Shown here one piece after another: positions 15,852 through 26,270 of a stretch of DNA of 64,000 nucleotides. A program made the translations under genes and the position numbers. Every line of letters begins with the position of its first letter. Position 1 is the stretch's first letter. Where the stretch lies: positions 11,217 through 75,216 of IMG/VR virus record IMGVR_UViG_3300045996_002431, one strand, 5' to 3'. Under the pieces are notes generated by a model that worked only from the letters and a program-made list of their open reading frames with translations, did no database searches and was not told the origin of the DNA. This DNA is from a virus.

Positions 15852-17858
15852 ATGAAAGTAAGCGTCTTCAGTAATACTTGGGATATAACTCCCATCGCAA
15901 CCTCTTCCATTAAATCAATCTTCCGGACCATACAGTCTGAGAAGTTTAAGAGTAATGTTGAATTAATTCGAAAGCTTAAAGCCGATGAAGACAAAAATTA
16001 TCGAGAAGAAAAAAAGAAACTCCCCGCAGTCACATTCTCAGGAGTTTTTACTGAACGTAATGTTAGTTCTTTGGTTGATTATGGGGGCATCCTATGTGTG
16101 GATATTGATTCAATATCTCAGGGGCAACTCCTGGATCTACGAGTAAAACTCAAAGACAATAAAATGGTCCTGGGGTACTTCGTGTCTCCGAGTGGCGACG
16201 GTCTTAAGGTGTTACTGTATTCGTCAGCGGTTTCTAAGGAGTATCACCAGGCATTTTATTTTTCGGCCGAGAAATACTTCAGAGAGACTTATTCTGTTGA
16301 GATCGATCGTGCATGTAAGGACGTGAGTAGACTATGTTACATCTCTTATGATCCGGAGGCTTATCTTGCCTCAGAGGTTGAGTCGTTTCCGATCGACTTC
16401 GACATACGTCCGGTTGAGTTCTTCTTAAAGAATAGTTTTCCAACCACGAATACAGAAATATTCAATGCCGATGTTGATCGTTGTTTCAGGACCGCCAAGA
16501 AATGGGTGGAGCGGATCTTCATGTATGAGGACGGCCAAAAGAATAAGTACCTGCACAATCTTGCCTGCTCACTTAATAGACTGGGAGTTCCAATGCAGAC
16601 CTGTGTCGAACTTATCGATGCAAATTACATAACTCCCGATCGTAAATGGCTGCAGTCAATTGAGTCTGCCTATAAGCACAATGCTCAACAGTTTAATTCT
16701 GTCCAGCTTAAAAACTGGAACGGAGATGATCTTAAACCATACGAGGAGAGGCCGTATAAGCACGGAGATGTCGAGAAGAGTATTCGTCGCATCATCATGA
16801 GGCTTTTCGAGAACCGGTTCCCTGTTGACGTTATTAAGCCACAGGCCGAAGTTTGGATCCAGGTGTATAGGAACTTTTTCGATCAGGAGATTATCGAGTC
16901 TGAAGGAATCAGTGCGGTAGTTGAATACCTGATCAATGAGGCCCAGCAGGAATTTAAGAACAATGAATTACTGAATATTAATCCCATAAAGGCGGAAACA
17001 ATATTCGACCTCGGAATGGGCATAGAAGCTATGCTATCTCAACCATCGGACTTCTCTTCGGGAATTGATGAGGAATACGATGAACAGGTTCCGGGATTAT
17101 TCTCAAGAGGTAACGTTATTGGTGTGATTGGACGCGAGAAGACCTTTAAGTCTGTGTTCGTTCAGAATATGGCCTACAAGAACGCCAAAGCAGGCCTTCC
17201 TGGCATCTATATCAACGGAGAGATGTCTACGGGTCAATTCATCAAAAGAGCCGTTAAAATCGATTCCGGAGTGGATTTCGACTACTACCTTGGAAAGAAG
17301 GAAAAGATCCCTACAGAGACCTACAAAACAGCCATGGAGAGTCTTAAGAGCGCCGTGGGCAAGAACCTATATGTGCACTCGGGACTTGGTTTCACAAGGG
17401 ATGGTATTCATGATCTTATTAAGAAACTAAGGCACGAAGGACTCGATATCGGATATGTGATAGTGGATGGGTTGTCTCAAATGCACCAATGTAAGGGAGA
17501 AGAAATCCCTTCAGCTATTCAGAACGCAATGGAACTTAAGGAACTTGCCAAAGAAGCAAATGTCCTTGTGATTGTTCTGATCCACATGAAGTCCGGTATT
17601 AAAAAGACTGTTCGAGATACTGGAGAATACGTTCGTGGCGGTATTAAAGTAACGGCTAACTTCGATGCATACTTCTCAACTTCTCTTCTTGAGATTCAGT
17701 CTGTCGACGATGATCTAGAGCCTGAGTTCCACAAGGGAGTGTTCTGCTTGAGGCTAAACGACAAGAGAGGAGCCCTGGATATCATTACAAAAATCATCGA
17801 GGTTAAGGACCTTAAATTAAAAACATCAGATAAACAACTATCAGATTATGAGTTTTAA
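15852..17858 (+). CDS. primase-helicase (BT4734/VirE N-terminal primase-like + PriCT-like + DnaB/RecA-type helicase)
   Basis: KKKLPAVTFSG.F..R, CVDID, FVSPSGDGLK, ID.ACKDVSRLCY.SYDP; then GREKTFKS (Walker A), YINGEM, VIVDGL, LKELAKE....VIVLIH. Confidence 0.85.
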   Translation: MKVSVFSNTWDITPIATSSIKSIFRTIQSEKFKSNVELIRKLKADEDKNYREEKKKLPAVTFSGVFTERNVSSLVDYGGILCVDIDSISQGQLLDLRVKLKDNKMVLGYFVSPSGDGLKVLLYSSAVSKEYHQAFYFSAEKYFRETYSVEIDRACKDVSRLCYISYDPEAYLASEVESFPIDFDIRPVEFFLKNSFPTTNTEIFNADVDRCFRTAKKWVERIFMYEDGQKNKYLHNLACSLNRLGVPMQTCVELIDANYITPDRKWLQSIESAYKHNAQQFNSVQLKNWNGDDLKPYEERPYKHGDVEKSIRRIIMRLFENRFPVDVIKPQAEVWIQVYRNFFDQEIIESEGISAVVEYLINEAQQEFKNNELLNINPIKAETIFDLGMGIEAMLSQPSDFSSGIDEEYDEQVPGLFSRGNVIGVIGREKTFKSVFVQNMAYKNAKAGLPGIYINGEMSTGQFIKRAVKIDSGVDFDYYLGKKEKIPTETYKTAMESLKSAVGKNLYVHSGLGFTRDGIHDLIKKLRHEGLDIGYVIVDGLSQMHQCKGEEIPSAIQNAMELKELAKEANVLVIVLIHMKSGIKKTVRDTGEYVRGGIKVTANFDAYFSTSLLEIQSVDDDLEPEFHKGVFCLRLNDKRGALDIITKIIEVKDLKLKTSDKQLSDYEF

Positions 17859-18054
17859 CGATCCAACATCACCAAAGTCATTTGCCGACAAGATTTTTAA
17901 AGACATTGACGGGATGCTCGTTACAGAACAGGATGCCGTAGACATCACGGAATATATTCTTGAATTACTAAGAGATCGTGAGGCGAGGCCCGGACCTGGA
18001 TATCAGGGTTCATATGAATATTATCAACGAGCAATAAAATCACTTTATGAGTAA
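17848..18054 (+). CDS. hypothetical protein
   Basis: 68-aa ORF overlapping both neighbours. Confidence 0.55.
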   Translation: MSFNDPTSPKSFADKIFKDIDGMLVTEQDAVDITEYILELLRDREARPGPGYQGSYEYYQRAIKSLYE

Positions 18055-18496
18055 ATACAAACAAACCCATATGTCCCTAACGGCATTCACCGAGAAGGAC
18101 GGCAAGGTCAAAAAAACAAGGGTCAAGAGGCCTAAATCAGACCTATCAGAGGACGATCTTCAGAAACTATGCGTAAGATGGTTTGAGATTCAGTACCGGG
18201 ACGTACTCCTTCATCATAGTCCTAACGGAGGATCTCGTCACTTACTCGAGGCTGTCAAACTAAAGGCCATGGGTACTCGTCCAGGATGCCCGGATATTCT
18301 TATCTTTCATCCCGGTAAGTTGGTTGTTCCTATGTCGGGTCTTGCTATAGAGCTTAAGATTCCGGGCGGGAAGGTTACAGAACACCAAAAGAACTTTCAG
18401 CACCAATTGGCAGTGGCCGGATGGTATACTGAGGTTGTTTGGTCCTTTGAGGAGTTTCAAAATACTGTTAATAAGTATTTCGGGAAAAATTCGTAA
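18047..18496 (+). CDS. VRR-NUC domain nuclease (Holliday junction resolvase-like)
   Basis: SEDDLQ, HSPNGG.R, LKAMG.RPG.PDI, IELK..GGK....Q..F. Confidence 0.9.
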   Translation: MSKYKQTHMSLTAFTEKDGKVKKTRVKRPKSDLSEDDLQKLCVRWFEIQYRDVLLHHSPNGGSRHLLEAVKLKAMGTRPGCPDILIFHPGKLVVPMSGLAIELKIPGGKVTEHQKNFQHQLAVAGWYTEVVWSFEEFQNTVNKYFGKNS

Positions 18497-18519
18497 CTTG
18501 AGGTTTTACCTACAAGATT

Positions 18520-18789
18520 ATGAGTCAAGAACTTCCCCTTATATGGATTAAAAAAATAGTAAGACGAGACGGTCAGATCATCAACATCGAGGATGACGTT
18601 ATTCGTAAAGCAGACGTTAAGCGTATCCGCAGATGGCATAAGAATGATAAGGATGAATCCATTACTGGAGATATCACCCTTGTGACCGTTGAGAACGTGA
18701 GAGGTATTCCGCTGGTTAATATCCAGGTCAATGAGAGCCTCGAGAGTCTTACAAAGAGATTAGGTAATGTCGATCAAATTACAAGCTAA
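18520..18789 (+). CDS. hypothetical protein
   Basis: 89-aa ORF. Confidence 0.6.
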   Translation: MSQELPLIWIKKIVRRDGQIINIEDDVIRKADVKRIRRWHKNDKDESITGDITLVTVENVRGIPLVNIQVNESLESLTKRLGNVDQITS

Positions 18790-19162
18790 TGAATATGGGA
18801 TCTTCGAGTCATTCGATATCCGGAAGGCGCTTATAGACAATCTCAGAAAGTATTCTGATATTTCCGCCGTCAAAGCCTGCAATTCACTTAACATTGACTA
18901 TCAGAAATTTTACAAACATTATTTGAATAATCCGCACCCGAACGGTGTGACGATGAGTCGTATCTTAAATGTCACGCAGTTTAAAAACTTTTTAAAACTT
19001 TACGGATTAGATCTCAAATACACCCTATATTTGAATAATTCATTCGATCCAAATGAGGCAAACGAAGTCATTAGAACAGGAATTAAGAGACTCAGAATTA
19101 CTTCTGACTCGTCAGAGGGACTTCACAACGAAGTACAAGGCTCTGATAAAGAAACTTCATGA
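18767..19162 (+). CDS. hypothetical protein (possible HTH)
   Basis: 131-aa ORF; 'ISAVKACNSLNIDYQKFYKHYL' is HTH-like. Confidence 0.55.
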   Translation: MSIKLQANEYGIFESFDIRKALIDNLRKYSDISAVKACNSLNIDYQKFYKHYLNNPHPNGVTMSRILNVTQFKNFLKLYGLDLKYTLYLNNSFDPNEANEVIRTGIKRLRITSDSSEGLHNEVQGSDKETS

Positions 19163-19403
19163 GATCGCGCCGAAGGTCGTGATCATAGAGAGCGAGAATC
19201 ACAAGCAGACTTGTATAGATATACTGAATGCCCTTGCTGACCTTAGAATAAGAATGATTCCGGAGCTGGAAGGTGAGATCAGGGAGTTAAGGGATGCCAC
19301 AAAAGTTAAAAACAAGTTGAAAAAAAGTTTACGCTCTGAGGATGAGACTAAAAGAATTTATCGTAACTTCGAACAAAATATAAAAACCAAAAAACAACTA
19401 TGA
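19053..19403 (+). CDS. hypothetical coiled-coil protein
   Basis: 116-aa ORF with ATGA overlap into ssb. Confidence 0.55.
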   Translation: MRQTKSLEQELRDSELLLTRQRDFTTKYKALIKKLHEIAPKVVIIESENHKQTCIDILNALADLRIRMIPELEGEIRELRDATKVKNKLKKSLRSEDETKRIYRNFEQNIKTKKQL

Positions 19404-19990
19404 GTAACGCGAAACAAACAGCGGCTACCACTTCTCAGGATGATGAGTGGGAATCAACAAAAGGATCAGGCAGTAGCTGGAATCCAAAACAAGACGATGA
19501 AGGAATTATGTACGCGCCAGCCGAGCGAGTATATGATGCTACCAAACAACCAAATCACGCGGAGAAAGATATCCTTGTAGGGTATTATATCGACAAGCGC
19601 GATGGAATTGGTCAGTACAATTCTTCTGTGATCACTGTGGTTGAGAAATCAACCGGAACCAAAAAAGATGTGTGGCTGGATACGGTTCTTGCAAAGGAAT
19701 TGGATAAAGTTCCATCGATGAACATCCTTGTGAAACTTGAGTGGCTTGGAACCAAGCTAAAAAAGGACAAGAAGGAAGGTCAGAAAGGCGCAACCTTTAA
19801 CGCATGGGATGTGAAATACAATTCCAAAGACGTTTACCAGGGCGGTGCTCCGGTTCCGAATGTGGCCTCAGAAGCTCAACAATCAAAATCTGTTCCTGAA
19901 TCAACCCCAGCGAAACCTGCTCCGGTAAAAGGAGCTAAGATGAATGTTGATGAGGTGAGCGGTGAGGATACTGACGATCTTCCATTTTAA
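19400..19990 (+). CDS. ssb: single-stranded DNA-binding protein
   Basis: OB-fold-sized N-terminus, Pro/Ala linker and acidic tail ending DTDDLPF; located in the replication module. Confidence 0.75.
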   Translation: MSNAKQTAATTSQDDEWESTKGSGSSWNPKQDDEGIMYAPAERVYDATKQPNHAEKDILVGYYIDKRDGIGQYNSSVITVVEKSTGTKKDVWLDTVLAKELDKVPSMNILVKLEWLGTKLKKDKKEGQKGATFNAWDVKYNSKDVYQGGAPVPNVASEAQQSKSVPESTPAKPAPVKGAKMNVDEVSGEDTDDLPF

Positions 19991-19996
19991 TCTTAA

Positions 19997-20356
19997 ATGA
20001 CGAATAAGAAACACGTACAAATCGCAAAAGTAGCGCACGAGTTAAATCGTGCCTACTGTCTTTCTCTCGGTGACGATAGTCAGCCGACTTGGGAAGAAGC
20101 GCCTGAATGGCAAAAAACATCTGCAATCAACGGAGTAATATTCCATCTTGGACATCCTGAAGCTACACCTGAAAACTCTCACGAGAGTTGGTTGAAGCAA
20201 AAAAAGGAAGAAGGATGGAGCTATGGCCCTACAAAAGATGTTGAAAAGAAGGAACATCCTTGTTTCGTTCCATACAGCGAATTGCCGGTTGAGCAAAAAG
20301 CAAAGGATTATATCTTTAGACAAACAGTGCACAGTCTAAGAGAAATCCTGTTCTAA
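19997..20356 (+). CDS. stand-alone RyR (ryanodine receptor repeat) domain protein
   Basis: ENSHESW...K..EGWSYG..KD..KK.HPC.VPY.ELP.EQK.KD matches the RyR domain consensus. Confidence 0.88.
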   Translation: MTNKKHVQIAKVAHELNRAYCLSLGDDSQPTWEEAPEWQKTSAINGVIFHLGHPEATPENSHESWLKQKKEEGWSYGPTKDVEKKEHPCFVPYSELPVEQKAKDYIFRQTVHSLREILF

Positions 20357-20375
20357 AGTGTCAAGTTCAATAAAC

Positions 20376-20408
20376 AAAAAACCCGGTTATTAGCCGGGTT
20401 TTTCTTTT
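20376..20408. terminator. bidirectional intrinsic terminator between convergent modules
   Basis: AAAAAACCCGGTTATTAGCCGGGTTTTTCTTTT. Confidence 0.85.
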
Positions 20409-20431
20409 TAAACTAATAGCCACTAATTTCT

Positions 20432-20734
20432 TTATAACCATCCATTGATAATCACCAGGGCGGCATTTAAGTCTACAGGAGTACCGCCGGTTAAAGCAGC
20501 TAGGGCGCCGCCGGTTATTTTCTGAAGATCAAACTTTAAAGGACTCTGAGTCTTGTCAGTGAAGTATATTGCAACCTCTGTCATGGTAGGATATGGATAG
20601 TTATCCGGATAATTCATTACCGGCAAATATTGACCATAAACCTGGGCCACGTCAGCCACTGGATAGAATTCTGAAATTGCACCAGCCACACCTGAGTTGA
20701 CCTCTATTGAGTTACCTGTTAATTGGACGATCAT
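20432..20734 (-). CDS. hypothetical (possibly virion) protein
   Basis: 100-aa ORF; TATATTTA element 4 nt upstream of the ATG. Confidence 0.65.
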   Translation of the reverse strand: MIVQLTGNSIEVNSGVAGAISEFYPVADVAQVYGQYLPVMNYPDNYPYPTMTEVAIYFTDKTQSPLKFDLQKITGGALAALTGGTPVDLNAALVIINGWL

Positions 20735-20757
20735 AACTTAAATATATAAAACTTTTT

Positions 20758-21423
20758 TTATTTGACAAATACCCTTATGGCCTGCCTTGTTCCCTCGGCG
20801 GCAATCACTCCGATCGCAAACCAGGTGTCGGGCCTCTCCCACCACTTTTTCTTCTCCTTTATCGTTAAACTTTGAATCTGATCTGTTTTCACGTATGGAT
20901 TGGAATGCGATATAATGGCCTGCTGTTCGCTTTTGAATAAGCCGGTCTTTCGTTTACCCTCTATTAGGCTTATTTTATCGTTTATAGCGATACTTTCGAA
21001 CGTCACCTGGTCTTTGGATACCTTCAGGTCAATTCGATAGTGAGGGGTCTCTTTTGTGAGCAGGAATGGCTTAAAGTCGCATGGGATTTGACCGTCTTTG
21101 ATCTTTACGCTGTCACGTATATTCGTATAATTGTGAAATGTTGTGACGGAGTTTACCTTTTTGAATTCTTTTACAAGTTTCTTAAGGGTGTCGTTTTGCG
21201 CGATCAAGCTTTTCATCTGCTCTTGAGTTTCCAGGAGAGCTTGGTGTACCGAAGCGATGTCGATTCCTTTAACTGTTTCTTGTTTTGTGGAGTCGGTAAA
21301 ATAGCGGGATGTTTCCGCCGCGATTTTGTCAGGATTGGGTTTTGGCCAAAAAAGAGCCCAGGCCGCCAACATTAAAAGTCCAACAGTAATAACGATTATT
21401 ACGTTCTTGATTTTATTTTTCAT
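20758..21423 (-). CDS. putative spanin-like membrane protein
   Basis: N-terminal TM, coiled coil, C-terminal KKKWWE..DTWFAIGVI; directly downstream of the holin candidate. Confidence 0.55.
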   Translation of the reverse strand: MKNKIKNVIIVITVGLLMLAAWALFWPKPNPDKIAAETSRYFTDSTKQETVKGIDIASVHQALLETQEQMKSLIAQNDTLKKLVKEFKKVNSVTTFHNYTNIRDSVKIKDGQIPCDFKPFLLTKETPHYRIDLKVSKDQVTFESIAINDKISLIEGKRKTGLFKSEQQAIISHSNPYVKTDQIQSLTIKEKKKWWERPDTWFAIGVIAAEGTRQAIRVFVK

Positions 21424-21637
21424 CTTTTGGCTCTAAATAAAGGCAGCCGAGGACAATCTTATCAACAACAAATGACAGTATTGCGGCGGCGAGCGTATGA
21501 CGATCGTCAGACATTACGAATGTCGAACCTGTGATCACGGTTGCCAGTCCGGCCCAAACCATTTGAAGCTTAACGACCTCTTCTTGAGTGGAAGAGGTTA
21601 AGTTAAAGATTGACCAATGTACTCTGTATTTTTTCAT
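21413..21637 (-). CDS. putative holin
   Basis: 74 aa, two TM segments, charged C-terminus. Confidence 0.5.
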   Translation of the reverse strand: MKKYRVHWSIFNLTSSTQEEVVKLQMVWAGLATVITGSTFVMSDDRHTLAAAILSFVVDKIVLGCLYLEPKDEK

Positions 21638-21638
21638 A

Positions 21639-22052
21639 TTATTCTTCGGCTTTTTCCGGAATCACAAACCCCGAGAAAAAGTGTTGTTCTACTTCTGTCA
21701 GCTCAGGGATCTCAGTTGAAAAGTAAGGTTCAAATTCAACCTCTTCTTTAAGTAACTGTTTTTCCTGATCTCTTTTTTGCTTCAGCTTTTCGGCTGTGTA
21801 AACCTTGTTGCCATTTGGATCGATAATAATATTCTTTTTTTCGTCCGTAGAGGCAAGTTCGTTTGCAATGTCTTCCAGTTTTTCGTAGTACTTAGAGATC
21901 GCGTCCGTAAGCCTACCTGGTTTTTTGAATTTGGCATCACCGATCATTTTTTTAATCGAGTAAGCCATTTTCGTGTTCTTGTTTTCTTCTTTATGAACGT
22001 GATTGTAAGCAGGTTCGATAAAATCGAAGATTTCTTGATACGTCTTTTTCAT
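21639..22052 (-). CDS. hypothetical protein (possible fibre chaperone)
   Basis: 137-aa charged protein following the fibre genes. Confidence 0.6.
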   Translation of the reverse strand: MKKTYQEIFDFIEPAYNHVHKEENKNTKMAYSIKKMIGDAKFKKPGRLTDAISKYYEKLEDIANELASTDEKKNIIIDPNGNKVYTAEKLKQKRDQEKQLLKEEVEFEPYFSTEIPELTEVEQHFFSGFVIPEKAEE

Positions 22053-22102
22053 GTTTCTTTGGTCTTTTTCCTAATATATAAAGATATTTTTATCTATGCA
22101 AA

Positions 22103-24367
22103 TTAGGCGTTTGCGATCACCGTAATGGTTCCTGATGAACCTCTGTATTTTAAGGCCCCGGCTTCCACGTATAAAATTCCACCACCTGTGGGATTCGCGC
22201 TTGGTGCTGTACCGTTGGCTATGAATAACACTTTAACGCCGGATCCGAACGAAGTACCGTTAAATCCGAAGTTACCATCCGATGTTACGGTTCCTTTGAT
22301 GGAGTCATTGGTTAAGATCTCGAACGATGTGGCGTTCCTTGTTCCAACCAAGCATCCACCACCTGATAAAGCGTAAAGGGCGACTTTGTTAGTAGCTGTA
22401 GGCACAGCCGTATGAGCTGAAGAGAATGCGCCGAATATACCAATGGCAGTATCTGCCGTCATGTAGTAAATGGCCCCGGCACTTGTTCCGGTACTCGTAT
22501 TCTTTAGTTCCATTGATATGGATGAGGTGCTGTTGTCTGATCCAACGATGGCAAACGGATTTGTTGCTGAAACTGTTGAGATCGCGCCACCACCTGTAGC
22601 TACAATGTGAAGTTTTGTTGCCTGGGTTACTCCGGTAGACGCTCCTATATTTAATCTAGCATCATTCCAAAGTAGGTTTGTACCAGCCTGGAATAGTACG
22701 GTATTGGCGGTGTGTACTGTTGATATTTGACCAACTCTAAAACCAGTTGCATCAAGCCTGTAACCGTAATTTGTAGAGGTTGTTCCAACCACACCATAAA
22801 TAGGTGTACCAGCTAACAATAAAGCTGATGCCGCATTAGAAGTTCCAAACTGAGATAAAGAGGCTAGATTTATAGAGGTTCCGGAGAAAACGCCAGGAAA
22901 AGCAGAACCGTATACTGCAAAACTTGCAATTGTTGAGTTTTGTTCACAGGTAAAACCAACAGCTCCGGTTGTAAGTACATTTTTAGCAATCAAACCAACA
23001 CTTGTTGCATTATCACTAATGTTAATGTTTCTGTTTACTACGGGAGCCGCACCGCTACCTATTGTTACTCTTGAGTTAGCTGAATCATATTTAAAAGAAG
23101 CAGCAGATGTAACAGTATCAGCCACGCCTGTGCCAAACGGTATAAGCCCGGCTGTTGCGCCAATAGAACCTTTTATTTTAGCGTCTGTATAAGTTGTGGA
23201 AATAGAATTTCCCTGCCAGGTCTTGTTTGTCAGAACATCTACAGAGCTTGCTGTAATAAATCCTGAGTCGTTTACAAAGATTGATATGTTCTGCCCGGTT
23301 AATGCGGTTATTGCCCTGGCATTCGTGAAGTATAGGTTTCCGTTTTCAGGTACTGCAGAAGTGTCGAGAGTTTGCCATGTTTTATCGCCCCTCCAGTACT
23401 GAGTTATTAGCCCGGCAGCAATAGCATTCTCCTTGTTATTGAATGTGGTCCAGTCGGCAGAACTTAAATATCCGTCCTGGGCTCCAGTGGCTTGTTGTAT
23501 TGATACTTCGTTCTTCGCCGAAGAGAATACGAGCGGTGTGATATAAGACCTTCCCCTATCAAGCTCAACAGACTCAACGATGTTTCCGTAATTAACATTA
23601 GGATAATCGATGGCTTTGATTTTGATGGAGTAAAGTATCGCTACTTGAGGGTCTGTGTAGGCTCCTGTCGCTGCCCAAACGCCTGTTGTCGGATTAAGGG
23701 ACGCAGTAACCACATTCCCAAGCGCAGTCTTAGGAGATATAAAGGTCGGCTTATTTTGTACATCAAGCGTCGAAAGAACGGCATTTGCGTTGTTTCCGAA
23801 CTCGTCTTGATTGATGGTAGCCCCAAGTGGCAATGTAACGGTACCGCCTGCTCCTGAGACAATTTCGAAATACGTAATCTTGTACTCATTGTTTTCAAGT
23901 AATGTTACCCGGTTAGCAAGTGACGCTGACTGGGCGATGATTTGTGCAATAGTTTGAGACACCTCATACTCTACGGTTGAAGTGTCTCCGTCCTCAACAT
24001 AACGAAACTTGGTCCCGCTCGCTGTTGGAACTAAATTCTCACTGATACGACTTGATACGAAAAGATACGATTCAGGTGTAGATGATACTCCGTTCTTACT
24101 TATTACAGTAAGATTTAAGAGCATGTCTGATTTTCCCGCGATCGAATTTAAACTATCGGATACCTTGTAAGTAACCTTTAGGCTATTCGTAACCTGGCGG
24201 ACCGATCCTTTTAATTGATTTGATACAATTATGGAAGAGGTTCCGTCGTTTCTTATTGGAACAACAATATCATCAACATCTAGAGCGAAGGTTGAGGCAA
24301 ATGATTGCCACTCTAACCTGCCCTGGAACTGTCGTTCAGTAGCGGTTAATGATATTAGTTGTGACAT
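22103..24367 (-). CDS. tail fibre / receptor-binding protein 1
   Basis: Gly/Thr/Ser-rich beta-type sequence; [40 protein letters not shown] and C-terminal [18 protein letters not shown] fibre motifs. Confidence 0.8.
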   Translation of the reverse strand: MSQLISLTATERQFQGRLEWQSFASTFALDVDDIVVPIRNDGTSSIIVSNQLKGSVRQVTNSLKVTYKVSDSLNSIAGKSDMLLNLTVISKNGVSSTPESYLFVSSRISENLVPTASGTKFRYVEDGDTSTVEYEVSQTIAQIIAQSASLANRVTLLENNEYKITYFEIVSGAGGTVTLPLGATINQDEFGNNANAVLSTLDVQNKPTFISPKTALGNVVTASLNPTTGVWAATGAYTDPQVAILYSIKIKAIDYPNVNYGNIVESVELDRGRSYITPLVFSSAKNEVSIQQATGAQDGYLSSADWTTFNNKENAIAAGLITQYWRGDKTWQTLDTSAVPENGNLYFTNARAITALTGQNISIFVNDSGFITASSVDVLTNKTWQGNSISTTYTDAKIKGSIGATAGLIPFGTGVADTVTSAASFKYDSANSRVTIGSGAAPVVNRNINISDNATSVGLIAKNVLTTGAVGFTCEQNSTIASFAVYGSAFPGVFSGTSINLASLSQFGTSNAASALLLAGTPIYGVVGTTSTNYGYRLDATGFRVGQISTVHTANTVLFQAGTNLLWNDARLNIGASTGVTQATKLHIVATGGGAISTVSATNPFAIVGSDNSTSSISMELKNTSTGTSAGAIYYMTADTAIGIFGAFSSAHTAVPTATNKVALYALSGGGCLVGTRNATSFEILTNDSIKGTVTSDGNFGFNGTSFGSGVKVLFIANGTAPSANPTGGGILYVEAGALKYRGSSGTITVIANA

Positions 24368-24373
24368 TGTTTA

Positions 24374-25537
24374 TTAAACTAGAGTGAAGGTTTTGGTTAC
24401 TCCGCCAACCTGTGCTTTAAAGTCAGCTCCGTCAAGCCATATATCTCCGTTGTTCGGCGCTGCCGGAGCAACCCCTTCGCGTATTCTTAAAGATGCTCTT
24501 GAAATGTTTGATGCAACTAAATCCAGGGCTGCTGTCGCTACAGCTTGGCCGAGACCAACAAGGTTGCCTAATGGATTGATCATTAAATTGAGACCATCGA
24601 ACGACTGAATCCACTTGTATGTAGATTTCTGACCCAAAACGAGTCCGTTACTTGCCAGTGATGGATCAACGTCTCCGCCGATAGTAATATACCCGTCAGT
24701 AACAATGATACCAGGGTATGCTAAGTTAGGGGCGGCACCTAAGAATAATTGACCAGTCGCACTGAAGATCGCCCTTGTGGTATTGTCTGTTTTAACGTAA
24801 AAAGAATTGAGATCAGTTGTTCCGATGAAATTTACACCTGGAGTTGTTCCGGCGTTACCGCCCAAAGTCCAAAATCCAGCAGCAGAAGCGGCTACTTTTT
24901 TGATCTTTCCGGTAGCATCAATAACAAGACGATCGTCACCGGCAACACCGGCAGGAACGTTATCAAACGTTAAGTTAAAAGCACCGAAGTCAAGAGTTGT
25001 ATTTTGAACCAAAACGCCACCAAGCTGAACAAATCCAGCCGCAACACTCAGTCCGTTATTCGCTCCGAAAAGCGCAGAAACTAAATTTGTTTGAGCAACG
25101 ATATTTGCAATACTGTTTGATACTTCGTATTTAACCGGGCGAGAAAGACCATCTTCCAAATACATGAATTCGGTTCCGCCTGCAGTTGGTACGAGGTTTT
25201 CTGAAATCCTGCTCGCTACAAAGACATAGTTTTCTGAAGTCGCCAACGCAACCCCGTCAATCTTTGTAACAGTTACGTTTATAAGTCCTGGAGATTTTCC
25301 CGAGATCACCGCAAGGGTGTCTGTTACGCGGTAATCTACCTTAACACTATTTTTAGATCCACCGTCTGAATCTTTTAATGGATTCGCGGTGAAGTAAGAT
25401 CTGTTTAATACTGTATCACGACGAATAGGGCTTACGATGTCATCGACGTCGAATCCTATTGTTGAAGAGAAGTCTTGCCATTCGTTACGGCCTTGAACTT
25501 TTCTTTGTGTCGCTGTAAGAGAAATAAGTTGTGACAT
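24374..25537 (-). CDS. tail fibre / receptor-binding protein 2 (paralogous N-terminus)
   Basis: Shares the [10 protein letters not shown]...DVDDIV.PIR...[16 protein letters not shown]-domain with fibre 1; W.LGGNAGT....FIGTTD motif. Confidence 0.8.
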   Translation of the reverse strand: MSQLISLTATQRKVQGRNEWQDFSSTIGFDVDDIVSPIRRDTVLNRSYFTANPLKDSDGGSKNSVKVDYRVTDTLAVISGKSPGLINVTVTKIDGVALATSENYVFVASRISENLVPTAGGTEFMYLEDGLSRPVKYEVSNSIANIVAQTNLVSALFGANNGLSVAAGFVQLGGVLVQNTTLDFGAFNLTFDNVPAGVAGDDRLVIDATGKIKKVAASAAGFWTLGGNAGTTPGVNFIGTTDLNSFYVKTDNTTRAIFSATGQLFLGAAPNLAYPGIIVTDGYITIGGDVDPSLASNGLVLGQKSTYKWIQSFDGLNLMINPLGNLVGLGQAVATAALDLVASNISRASLRIREGVAPAAPNNGDIWLDGADFKAQVGGVTKTFTLV

Positions 25538-25542
25538 AATTT

Positions 25543-26028
25543 TTAATCTTTATAAACGTTTGGACGAACAAAAATTGCATTCTTATATTTACGATCGTCC
25601 CTGTACATGAATTCTCCGCCATTTGAATCATTTCCTATAGCGGTGTTTCCTTCATAGGCTGCGAATTTTCCGCCGCCAAGATCCTTATCGAAGATTCCGG
25701 TGTGATCAAACCTTCCGTCGCCATTCCAATCATAGAAGGTTACGTCTCCAGGAAGAGGTACGGTGACGATTCGTCCCCATTTCTTTACATTGGCTACAGC
25801 GTATGGGCAGCCAGCGAAGCCTCTTAAGAAGCCTACTTTTCCAAGATTTATTTCAGCTTGATCAAATATCCAGGAAACAGATGTTCCGCACCATGGGTAT
25901 TCAGCTCCTGAAACTTCTTTTCCGTAGAACCAGGTATTGTACTTTACTTTGTTGCTTCCTGCCGGAGATTCTTTAATTCCAACCTGGGCCTTTGCAATTT
26001 CAAGTACTTTTATTCTTAACTGATTCAT
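25543..26028 (-). CDS. CHAP-domain endolysin
   Basis: A..QVG.KE..GSN, PWCG..VSW (catalytic Cys), PGDV.FYDW, DHTGI (His), EGNT; likely start MNQLR at 26028 (TAATG coupling). Confidence 0.88.
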   Translation of the reverse strand: MNQLRIKVLEIAKAQVGIKESPAGSNKVKYNTWFYGKEVSGAEYPWCGTSVSWIFDQAEINLGKVGFLRGFAGCPYAVANVKKWGRIVTVPLPGDVTFYDWNGDGRFDHTGIFDKDLGGGKFAAYEGNTAIGNDSNGGEFMYRDDRKYKNAIFVRPNVYKD

Positions 26029-26270
26029 TAAAGTCCGAATACGTGTGTTTTTATCCAAGACCAGGCAACTACCAGCACCGGTGTGCCGACGGCTATGCCG
26101 CCAGCAACCTTGTGCTTGAATTTCTGATCAGCCTCCTTGTAGTCTTCGAGAGTTTTCATTCTCTTAACCAGCCCGGTAGTGCCAGCTTCCTCGTCGCCGA
26201 GTACCGCCATTTCTATTCGAGTCAAGGATCTTTTGATCTCCTTTATGTCTTCCTTCTCCTGCTCAGACAT
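26028..26270 (-). CDS. holin-like / XhlA-like membrane protein
   Basis: Coiled N-terminus with one C-terminal TM, directly upstream of the endolysin. Confidence 0.55.
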   Translation of the reverse strand: MSEQEKEDIKEIKRSLTRIEMAVLGDEEAGTTGLVKRMKTLEDYKEADQKFKHKVAGGIAVGTPVLVVAWSWIKTHVFGL

